Shown in pieces: positions 53,483 through 64,000 of a stretch of DNA of 64,000 nt. This stretch comes from Botryllus schlosseri (lineage: Eukaryota), in the NCBI GenBank assembly GCA_051294905.1, contig CM119372.1:20214001-20278000 (forward strand), read 5' to 3'. The notes below the pieces were generated by a model. The model did no database searches. It was not told the origin of the DNA and saw only the letters and a program-made list of their open reading frames with translations. The translations under genes and the position numbers were made by a program. Every line of letters begins with the position of its first letter. The stretch's first letter is position 1.

Positions 53483-53963
53483 CAGGGTTTTAATGACTGG
53501 AATTATAAATCGACTCGAGTCCCGACTTGACTCGCAATATTTTGGGGAATTGACTTGGCTCGAGTCATTTTCTTAAATATGGAAAATGACACGATCATAG
53601 TCTTGAGTCACTTTGTGTATCGACTCAGCTTGTACTCGAGACGTTGTACATGACTCGACCAAGTTATGTTGGTGATGTATCAAACGGCCAATACAGGAAT
53701 TTCATTGCAACTTTCACGAATAGTCAAGTAACCACAGAGCAGTATCTCGTCTATCATTACTGATACTTGATAATGAAAGACAATTTTTTTTAAATCTGTT
53801 TGAATAAACATGGGAAGAGTGACAAAAATTAGTAGGCTATACATTCGATATCACTCAAGCATTGTAAAAAATTGTATGTGTGCATGACATGAACTAGTGA
53901 CTGAACACTGAGCCTTGTGACTAGAATTCAGCCCTTTGCACCGTGACTTGGACTCGGACTTGA
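53483..53963 (+). mobile_element. GACTCGAGTC-rich MITE, cut off where the large element begins
   Basis: Starts CAGGGTTTTAATGACT; colinear with the 51782 copy until GACTTGGACTCGGACTTGACTCG; right TIR absent. Confidence 0.75.
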
Positions 53964-54014
53964 CTCGGAGGTGAGTAGTATAGTAGATCTCTCATGATGT
54001 GCCTGGGGCTCTTA

Positions 54015-54332
54015 TGGGCGGGGTGGTGACCTGCCTGAAAACCCGGGGTGATGACCCCACCCTTTTAGACCCCCCTTGTGGTGGTGACCTGCCATTGTTT
54101 CTTATGGGTGCGGTGATGACCCCACCCTTTCAGGTATAGGCTGCGGTGATGATATACCTTGAAAACTCGTGTTGGTGACCCCACCCTTTCGGTATAGGCT
54201 GCGGCGATGACCTGCCATGGAATGTCTGGTAGTGAACTAACGTTGTGGGTATAGGCTGCGGCGATGACCTGCCATGGCTTGTTTGGTAGTGAACTAACGT
54301 TGTGGATATAGACGGCGGCGATGACCTGCCTG
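54015..54332 (+). repeat. GC-rich subterminal repeats, ~57-bp unit, core GG(T/C)GATGACC(T/C)
   Basis: GGTATAGGCTGCGG(T/C)GATGA at 54133, 54191, 54248; GATGACCCCACCCTTT-like at ~54050, 54115, 54174. Confidence 0.85.
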
Positions 54333-54673
54333 TCATGTATTCTTACGCGGTCTCTGGTGACTCTCCATGTGTTCTTATGGGTGCGGCCGTGATTCGTACT
54401 TTTTGGTATAGGCATCTCTCGCGCTGTGTTGAATATGTATTAGGTATAGTAAATAGTCACGTGATTGACTCTTAGTTAATGTGTATACCTCAAATTATTA
54501 TATATGACCAATTTGAAGTAATTCCAGCGTTTACGGTGAATGTGACTTTAATATATCGTTATTCTTATGGGCGCGGCGATGATTCGTACTTTCGTTGATA
54601 GAATGCTAGCGGCATGTCGTACTTTCACCAAAAAGGGTGTGAAATAGTTTGCTAAATCTAGGAATCAGTCGCT

Positions 54674-55080
54674 TGGTAATTAGTTTACCACGGAGCTGGC
54701 GTAGACGGCGATTCGAATAGCAACAATAGCCGCGTTCACAAACTAACACTCCAAAAAGGTGTGAAATATTGGTAAAATCCCGCGATCGCTCACAAGATAA
54801 TACCTAAGACATAACCATCGCTCGCGACTCGCTGTTACATACATGCCGATCGTTGACAATGTAATATTTTGGTAATTAGTTTACCACAGAACCCGCGTAG
54901 ACGGCGATACCAACAATAGCCGCGTTCACAAACTAACACTTCAAAAAGGTGCGAAATAGGTTGCAAATCCCACGATCACTCACGAGATAACACCTAAGAC
55001 ATAGCCACCCCTCACCAACTTGTTGTTACATACATTCCAATCGCCACAATGTAATATTTTGATAATCGGTATGTCACAGG
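54674..55080 (+). repeat. Tandem repeat, ~195-bp unit, 2 copies plus degenerate flanks
   Basis: TGGTAATTAGTTTACCAC...CAACAATAGCCGCGTTCACAAACTAACACT at 54674 and 54870; AAAGGTG(T/C)GAAATA-like motif recurs at ~54632, 54755, 54944, 55212. Confidence 0.85.
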
Positions 55081-58000
55081 AACTGGATTTCACTGGTAAA
55101 ATTTAATAAGTAACGGATAACAGAGCCGTCACAGACGATGATTCGAATACCGACAAATTCTCACTTATTTGTGATCCCACCCTAATCCTTTGCGAAGTTG
55201 ACGCTTATTCGAAAAGGTGTGAAATAATTGTAAAACCCTACGTCGCTGACGGGATAATGCATCAGATATAGCGATCTAGTTATAGCATGGGTCGGAATCC
55301 ATTCGCGGGATGTACTAGGTAAATTGAGATAATCCGAAACGAAATATTTTGACTTTGGTGTAGTGTGAATTGAAATAGGATTGACAAACATGGCTATCAA
55401 CTTTCCCACAGTCCCATATTGATATTATACACACATTGATTCGAAACAAGTAATGGAACATTGCAACTCTATTCGCGACCCGACTTTTCGTTTGTCAAAG
55501 CGACATTTTTAACATCTTACCATACTCAAAAGAATTATTTACAACATTAACAAGTGTTCAAAATCTAGTTTTCACTTACTTGATTATACCACTGCAACTC
55601 ACAAATTTGAATTAATTCATTCTGGTTGTATTCATATGATCGGTCTTTTTATTCAATTGTAAAGGTCGTTACTATTCTGAAGACAAAGTAAGCTATTTAC
55701 TAATCGACACATAAATGACTTGACATAAACATATTATATTTTGAGTATACGAGATTTGAATGTCTGAACAATAACTGAGAAATAATTTATCACAATAAAA
55801 TACGTATATTACAGCGTAAAAGATGTTTGAATGTCAGCAACTCTGTACGGTCATAGTTACTACCACTAATTTACCCGACCAACTCGTCATGATCATTCCT
55901 GAAATCAACACAAATATGACCACTGACTTGAGTTAACCACAAAACAGCATCAAGTTTTAAATCCACTTGTAGCTTACGGATTATTTGAATGCTGGTTATG
56001 TTTTGTTGTAATTGAGTTAACGGAAATAGTATTACGTCTCGACATCTGACCATCTTACCATATTCAAAGAATCAACCACGAAAACATTGTCAAGTAAATC
56101 CGTTAACCGACCAACTCAACAGTATCAATATGAAAAACAGCCAAACATACACGAATCCATACAAGCACTAAAACCTAAAATCCATAACAAGCCTGGTTGT
56201 ATTCATATCCCTACGCATCTTTTTTATTCAACTTGAAAAGTCGTTACTATTCTGTAAGACAAAGAAATTACTATGCGGTATATTTTGTAAGATAAAAGTA
56301 ATTACTTCTCGGTGCCCGCGACTTGAGATTAACATAATATGTTTGAGTATGCGAGATTTGAAAGTCTGCCCAACATGTTGAGAATTCATTTCTTACAATC
56401 GAACGCAGGTGTTATATTGAAAATTATCATGATGTAAACATAAGGATTGACACATTGATTTGACATATGTAATAGTTGATCATGACTTGACTATTAAATA
56501 ATTTGCGTTAATTAGACCCGGCGTTGTGGTAAAGATTATTGTGACAGCAACAAACTTTTCAGTACCATTGTTATTAACATATTGAGTTGTAAACTATGTG
56601 TGTCTAAAATGTTCTCGATTGGAAAATTATTCAGCCTTGGTACAAACCACGCAGAGTATTGTGGATATCAGGAAATATTTTACAAATGTCTGCATTAAAC
56701 AAGACTAAAGATGAAACAACAATTCCCTTTGTTGAACAATAACCGGGGCAATACTTTATTGTCGGTGAGAATTGAAACACTTTCGCGCATTACCTGGTGT
56801 CAAGATATCACACTAGGTGAATTGACATACCACCATTTGATTAATGCTTAATCCGTTCGCATCATTTCACACTCACTTTGATCATTACAAAAGTAAATTG
56901 GAATATGTTTGCTAGGCACCACCTATTCAACTATACTTGAGTAATACAGAAACCTCTCAGCATTAATAAAATCGAAATGTGCGCTACACTGAAATCTACA
57001 AAAATGTGTTTGTATTGCTGTTCGTAGTAGCGATATCGATTTGAACCTCCATCATCCAACCAAACTACTGAGAGTCGTTGTCAATTTACATGACGTTCAC
57101 TGATTACATACTAGAACTATTTGTGCAACGCACACGATCAGAGAAATTGGACAATTTTCCATTGCCATTCGTCAAAGTAAATGTCGTCACAATAATCAGT
57201 CACTAAAAGACCATATACTTGTATGTGATTGAATCACCGACAATTAACTCGGTAAATCAAACCCCTGAGAAATTTCACTCAGTCATTGGATAGGAAACAG
57301 TGTCGCTTAATCGGTGTGAGTCGTTTTTTCTAAATACTAATCATATCTGTCCAGCCAAGAACAATTTTCACTCACTTGGGTAACGAAACCAGTGTCCAAT
57401 ATCAATACAAGATATTTTCGTCACACAAAAATAATCAACTTCACTCGATATTCCCGTACTACGAAACTGTACAAAGGTTACATGTTTTTGTATGACATGG
57501 AATTAATACCGATCGAAGTAACCGTATTGGAGATAACTTTTAAACAAACACACTCTACGTGGTTAACATTCTCGTCGATTCTATTGTGATTAATGCATAC
57601 TTCATGTGATCTGGATTCATTTCGAAATGGCTAAACATTCAACCTCGACGGATACGAATTGTCACACACTCAGGTAATATCATACCAAATAGTTCTTTAC
57701 AAGACACAGAAATTTGTTTTGGTCGTTTCGACTTTATTACTGGAGATACTCATCACTTCGCTTAATACAATCTAGATTTAAACTCCATCGAACCTTTGGT
57801 GTCTATCGTTTTGCTGGATACGAATTATGTTAGTCTAAGAGTACACAATTTTCACTATCTTGGGTTATGAACTCAGTGTGTTAGCGATCATTCAATATTT
57901 TGTGGGATACGAATGATCATCGTCACAACTGTTACAAAAGTACGAAGGTTATTTACATCACACAAAGTAGTCGACCTTACTCGGTATTTTTGATACTACA

Positions 58001-59134
58001 AAACTGAAGAATGATTGCCTACGCTTTCTAAGTAAAGAATGCTTGGTTATACTCTACAAACTGTTTTGACGTCGCAAGTGTTTTTGACATGAATGGTCAC
58101 GCATCTAAATATTCAAATAATCCAACACACGACTATAGCACTTACAGAAATATCATAGTTCTTGTAACAAAGTTGTATAAGTATAATGTTTATCGTAAGT
58201 CCCACATAGCCATGATATCCGTCCGAGTTTGACTTTTAGAAAACATTATACCGACATCGCGACATCTTTCAAAATTAAAATCGCGGTGACTGCTTCAGAG
58301 ACCTACCAATGATATTGCAGTAATACAGTTACTTCCACAAAAGAGTATGTATTCGACTTACTTACCACAAATCTAACGCACAAAACAATTTACTTTACTA
58401 ACGAGAAGCACCGAGCCTCACATCAAAACAACTAGAAAGTGGAACTATATTAAAAAACGTCGCTAACCTTTGTGCACCAGCTGTAAATCACACAAGCAAC
58501 ATGTTTCAAGATTCTGGTTATTGAAAAACGTTAAAGTGTTTCTCCTGCACCAAGTCGTTATGTTGACGAAAGCGTATATTGTAATGCCATGATCGATTTG
58601 CATTCGTTGGTCACAAACTGTCACTACTCTAAATAATTATTTTTCACTCAAACACAAAAGCATACTTGTCGCCAATCGTTTTCATCAAGCACGAGTTCAA
58701 GAAGCTTACTTACTACGACATGAATTGTTATTTTGATGTTGTGTAAATAGGTAATAATTTATTTTAGTAACACTACATCAACATCATCGAGTTGTGCGAA
58801 TAGATTTACATGTGGTTTTAATCGAAGTACACAGCACGGTCTAATGTAGATTCATCTCTATTGTACAGCAACTCGGTAATCGAAATGCATTAACATTTAA
58901 ACAACGATCTTGGTTCGTCACGCGAAAAATATCTTTACTGTCGCAACACTCTGATACTCTGCACAAGATGTGTAAATCCTTTTCACACTCATAATAATAC
59001 ACTAACGGGATACCGATGTCAAGCAACAACGTTTAACAACATCACTGACACTGAACATACGATACCTACCCAAGTAAAAATATCATTTTCACCAGGAGGT
59101 CAGTCGTTACTTGTGTACAATTACCATTTTCCCT

Positions 59135-60315
59135 TGGGAGTTTAGCGTTACCCGAGTAACAAAACCATTTTCACTTGGAAATATATGTTTTCCCTCAACA
59201 ACAAACGTTTTTCACTTGGAAATATATTTTTTCCCTGGGTAACAAACCCCTTTTCACTTGGAAATATATTTTTGCCCGGGATAACAAACCTTTTTCACTT
59301 GGAAATATATTTTTTCTCTTGGTAACAAACCTTTTTCACTTGGAAATATATTTTTTCTCTGGGTAACAAACCTTTTTCACTTGGGAATATATTTTTTCCC
59401 CGATCAACAAACCTTTTTCACTTGGAAATATATTTTTTTCCCCGATCAACAAACCTTTTTCACTGAGCAACAAACCATTTTCACTTGGAAATATATTTTC
59501 CCCAGGCAACAAACCCTTTTCGTTTGGAAAACTATCATTTACCTGAGTACCAATACCATTTTCGTTTTGAAAACTGACAACTACACCGGTCAATTTGATA
59601 TTTTTTTTGTATATTGTTACAGCAGACAGTGACAAAATATACACCAACAACGACTCCGATACATTTGTGTAATCAAATATTCACTTGCTCTGATGCATCC
59701 CATCAAAATCATTGGTTACTCACATACAATAACAATGTGCTGTTGTACATCGACATGTATGTTTTCGGAATTGGTGAATAAAGGGGTTTCTGATATGTCC
59801 GTGATGTCCGGGTTCATGCTTTGGATTTTCCAGAGTCAAAATGTCTGAATAAAACACCTCCTTGACTATGGTTGGTATGTGGATAACGGTGTTCGGAAAA
59901 CGGTTGGATTTATGTCACCCATCGCGATAACAACTCCAGGTCGAGTTTTCCTCCCGCATGTTTACTATATTGTGTCTTTATTGGTCAATGTATGTCTCGA
60001 CATTCAGTTTGAAATCGGAAACCCTGATAAAGTACGTAACCGGATCCGGATATCAACTCTGAATCGATAAACCAATGAACAATATTCAAAGTAAACATGT
60101 TACACCCTGTGTTTCCACGAAAAAATACCATCCAGACATACGTCGCGCTTGTTTGCCCACACCAGTATACGCGCAAATGGAGGTGTGTGACATTGCATGC
60201 AATGTGTTGGTATACAAACATCGATCCACAGACATTATCATAACCGGTAGTTTTGATGTAGATCGAATGTCACTCGATAACAATACCAATAAGCCACATT
60301 GCAATGACTCTGAGT
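59135..60315 (+). repeat. Left arm of long inverted repeat (at least 1181 bp)
   Basis: Reverse complement of 62820-64000; paired coordinates sum to 123135 at both ends (no net indel); one mismatch noticed (60243/62892); mirrored ORFs in the ORF track. Confidence 0.97.
59168..59530 (+). repeat. ~41-bp tandem minisatellite, ~9 units
   Basis: Unit TTTTCACTTGGAAATATATTTTTTCCCTGGGTAACAAACC; mirrored at ~63605-63967. Confidence 0.95.
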
Positions 60316-61058
60316 CAATCTGAAGCATGACATACAGACACACAAACATGGAACCGTAACATGGGTTATTCGCACGACGGTGAAAGTGAACTGTACAACA
60401 TATACCAATTGGGCGTTCACAGTCAAATATGCGAACCATGCACAATCATATACCCAGATTTTTGTTGGATATGTACGAAACCGATAAATCGATACATTTC
60501 TTTTCCTTCAACGTCAATAATACAAAGGTCATTCAAATGCATCACTCGAATGTGAGGTTCGTCTGGTGTAAAATCCATGTCAAATAACACCAAAGTGTGC
60601 CTTCCGTGTTTTATTATTTCCACCGTCGCATCTTGTCTGTGTCGTAACACTATGGTGTGGGGAGTTGAAAAACGGTGGATTCTAAAACGGATTGACATGA
60701 CCAACTGAAACCAACGTCAATAGACTTGTGACGATGTCGTTTCAAAATGTTACCGATATGACGAGCGCAGCCTCGATCTCTTGTGGCGATGACCGTTTCG
60801 AAATGTCACCGGACGAACTGGACCCATACGAAGGTGTGTTTTATGATTGCGTGTGAAATCACGAGGTAGCGTTCTATTGTGGTGTACGATTGCAGTCTTC
60901 ATTCCACAGAAACACACCTTATTGGATCACAGTATCAGTCCGACATTTGCACGATATTTACCCGGAGTCGTTATGTGGGAGTAGCGACGTCCATGCATCG
61001 TGACTGAAAGACTGATCGCAATCATTTCGAGCACCGTACTTCGATAGTTCACCTAGAT

Positions 61059-62626
61059 CAAGGGTCGGCAACCTACGGCCCGCGGGCCGGATCCGGCCCG
61101 CCAAGCGAAATCGTCCGGCCCGCGACGAAATAACTAGTTCCCACGAGAATACGGCCCGCCGTTTCGTAATGAGTTCCAATCTGCAGTGCAGCGCTGCTTG
61201 GAAAGAATGCGGCATTGCTCCGATATAAAGTATCCCACGCCGTATTAGTCTATTGTTACGCCATAAAACTGGTGCGAAGGCGGTCGACTAGTAGCCTAGC
61301 CTATCTCGTACTGAAATTAGGAGATGGAGAATGTTTGTGGAGTAGACTAGACCAGTGCTTATCAAGCAGGTGTATTGCGCAACCGAGGGTATACCATACT
61401 TTTTTAAGGGTTTTTGCCTCTCATATAGGGTGCGACAATAAAGGTGCCGTTCCTCTGCTCAGACGCAATGACAAAATCTCAAACTTTCCCTGTTTCATCA
61501 TGGATAACTAACATCCGTAGGTTAGTCATCTGTAGTTTAATTCACCAGAAGACATTTTACGCTAAGACAACAAACCTGAATAATAGTGTTTTGGACACAA
61601 TGGTGAAAGCTGATTTTGTCTCACAAACTGAATGACCGACAGAAGCAGAGCATCAATATGGCGATGTCTTGTATATCTGCCATGTTCGCGCATTAAGTCG
61701 AGAAGCTATGCTTGCACGAGTGTATGAACTGAGAAATGAAATAGCAACTTTCCTTGAAAATACAAACATCGCCAACTCATAATCTTGTCATCGAAAATGG
61801 GTATCTAATCTAGATTTCGTAGTACATTTAACGTCACATCTAAACAAATTGAATTTGCAACTTCTGGGGGAAACAACTAAATAGCCTACATGAGATGTTG
61901 AGACGCATTCGAAACAAAACTGCGACTCTGGGAATGTCAACAGTACAAAGAAAATTATGCTCACTTTCCTCTGGAGGAGAGTAAACCTAGTACCAGCACT
62001 ATACATTTGTAACTGTGATATACGAAATTTAATTACTGAATTTCCACCCGCTTTTTCGACATTCGTCCTGTACAAAATATATTCTGACTACTCAGTACTC
62101 CGTTTAATGTGGACGCCAAAACATTTGCCAGAAAATTTCAAATAGGCCCATTTGAAATGAGATGCAGTTGAATTGAATGACAAATTTCATACAATGAGGA
62201 TATCGCTGAATGACTTTGACAAAGAGTACGTTCTTGAAATGGGTCTTCATCCTAACTTGAACAACAATGCAAAAGAAATGGCATCGACTTTTGTTTTCAA
62301 CAATGAAATTCACGAAGAGCAAGCTAAGATCACGTATCCCAACGCCTATTTAGAATATGGTCTGATTCTTACTTCATCTGACTTGTTAGCAGAAGTAAAA
62401 AACCTTTCACAAAACAAGCTGCGCCAAGTGTCACATTTATCCTGCGTTGTTGAAGTGTAAATACGTGTGTTTTGCTCTTTTTGTGATTTGTATGATTGAG
62501 ATTGCAGCATTGTAGGGTAATATACCGACGTGATCGATAAATATAGTATTAAGAAAAAATCCGGCCCGCCAAAATGTTGTGCACTCGAAATTTGGCCCGT
62601 GACTAGCAAAAGGTTGCCGACCCCTG
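61059..62626 (+). mobile_element. hAT (Charlie/Buster, GTF2IRD2-like) element with decayed transposase, in the spacer of the inverted repeat
   Basis: TIR CAAGGGTCGGCAACCT/AGGTTGCCGACCCCTG; perfect TSD ACCTAGAT (61051-61058, 62627-62634); remnants ICSLIHQKTFYAK, YGDVLYICHVRALSREAMLARVYELRNEI, WVSNLDFVVHLTSHLNKLNLQLLG. Confidence 0.93.
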
Positions 62627-62819
62627 ACCTAGATCAAACGCTGTAGTCTCAGCAGAAAACTTCGGTGACGACAACACGATGGATATTGACCGATGTATCC
62701 AATTGGTCTGGGTGGTCCGTCTACAGATAGGGTCATGACTATCTTGTAATGTTACAACACGATACCACCATCGACTAAATCAGAGAACGATGTCGAAATA
62801 TCGATGTAATAGCGCGGAC

Positions 62820-64000
62820 ACTCAGAGTCATTGCAATGTGGCTTATTGGTATTGTTATCGAGTGACATTCGATCTACATCAAAACTACCGGCTATGATAA
62901 TGTCTGTGGATCGATGTTTGTATACCAACACATTGCATGCAATGTCACACACCTCCATTTGCGCGTATACTGGTGTGGGCAAACAAGCGCGACGTATGTC
63001 TGGATGGTATTTTTTCGTGGAAACACAGGGTGTAACATGTTTACTTTGAATATTGTTCATTGGTTTATCGATTCAGAGTTGATATCCGGATCCGGTTACG
63101 TACTTTATCAGGGTTTCCGATTTCAAACTGAATGTCGAGACATACATTGACCAATAAAGACACAATATAGTAAACATGCGGGAGGAAAACTCGACCTGGA
63201 GTTGTTATCGCGATGGGTGACATAAATCCAACCGTTTTCCGAACACCGTTATCCACATACCAACCATAGTCAAGGAGGTGTTTTATTCAGACATTTTGAC
63301 TCTGGAAAATCCAAAGCATGAACCCGGACATCACGGACATATCAGAAACCCCTTTATTCACCAATTCCGAAAACATACATGTCGATGTACAACAGCACAT
63401 TGTTATTGTATGTGAGTAACCAATGATTTTGATGGGATGCATCAGAGCAAGTGAATATTTGATTACACAAATGTATCGGAGTCGTTGTTGGTGTATATTT
63501 TGTCACTGTCTGCTGTAACAATATACAAAAAAAATATCAAATTGACCGGTGTAGTTGTCAGTTTTCAAAACGAAAATGGTATTGGTACTCAGGTAAATGA
63601 TAGTTTTCCAAACGAAAAGGGTTTGTTGCCTGGGGAAAATATATTTCCAAGTGAAAATGGTTTGTTGCTCAGTGAAAAAGGTTTGTTGATCGGGGAAAAA
63701 AATATATTTCCAAGTGAAAAAGGTTTGTTGATCGGGGAAAAAATATATTCCCAAGTGAAAAAGGTTTGTTACCCAGAGAAAAAATATATTTCCAAGTGAA
63801 AAAGGTTTGTTACCAAGAGAAAAAATATATTTCCAAGTGAAAAAGGTTTGTTATCCCGGGCAAAAATATATTTCCAAGTGAAAAGGGGTTTGTTACCCAG
63901 GGAAAAAATATATTTCCAAGTGAAAAACGTTTGTTGTTGAGGGAAAACATATATTTCCAAGTGAAAATGGTTTTGTTACTCGGGTAACGCTAAACTCCCA
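62820..64000 (-). repeat. Right arm of long inverted repeat, continues beyond window
   Basis: Match to the left arm is unbroken at the last base (64000 pairs with 59135). Confidence 0.97.

Larger units (their letters stand above)
53974..64000. mobile_element. Putative large non-autonomous element with Maverick/Polinton-like terminus and long internal inverted repeat (incomplete in window)
   Basis: Starts AGTAGTATAGTAG where a MITE is interrupted; subterminal tandem repeats follow; only one MITE/hAT-type insertion recognised in 10 kb; inverted repeat 59135-60315/62820-64000. No polB, integrase or capsid ORF seen, so the class is inference. Confidence 0.5.

Noticed and set aside
54065..54415. 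116-aa and 68-aa repetitive ORFs
   Set aside because: Products of the 57-bp tandem repeat; no evidence of coding.
59168..59530. CRISPR-like array
   Set aside because: Units are contiguous with only 6-8 variable nt, no unique spacers, no cas genes, eukaryotic context.
59175..59650. Repetitive ORFs (WKYIF..., SEKGLL...) and their mirrors at 63485-63960
   Set aside because: Translations of the 41-bp minisatellite; the unit length does not keep frame.

Overview
AT-rich eukaryotic genomic DNA with short GT-AG introns, probably an invertebrate chordate such as an ascidian (inference). All models were built by eye. Three spliced minus-strand genes can be rebuilt with consistent exon phases: FAIM (5 exons, 184 aa); a secreted 13-exon, 706-aa protein with three C-terminal trefoil (P-type) domains; and a four-TM MS4A/CD20-like protein (7 firm exons plus a tentative first exon). 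There is one tRNA-Thr(AGT). Much of the rest is transposon-derived: many hAT-type elements and MITEs with 8-bp TSDs (heavily nested), a young internally deleted Gypsy LTR element encoding only RNase H-integrase, an L2/CR1-like LINE fragment, a Chapaev3-like transposase remnant, tRNA-derived SINEs and a foldback element. Three structures stand out: (i) a >10-kb element starting AGTAGT at 53974 (Maverick/Polinton-like terminus) that contains a near-perfect inverted repeat of at least 1181 bp running off the window end, possibly a giant palindromic element; (ii) an 8.47-kb segment bounded by MITE TIRs and a perfect 8-bp TSD; (iii) four independent insertions into 80 bp of ancestral sequence inside that segment.
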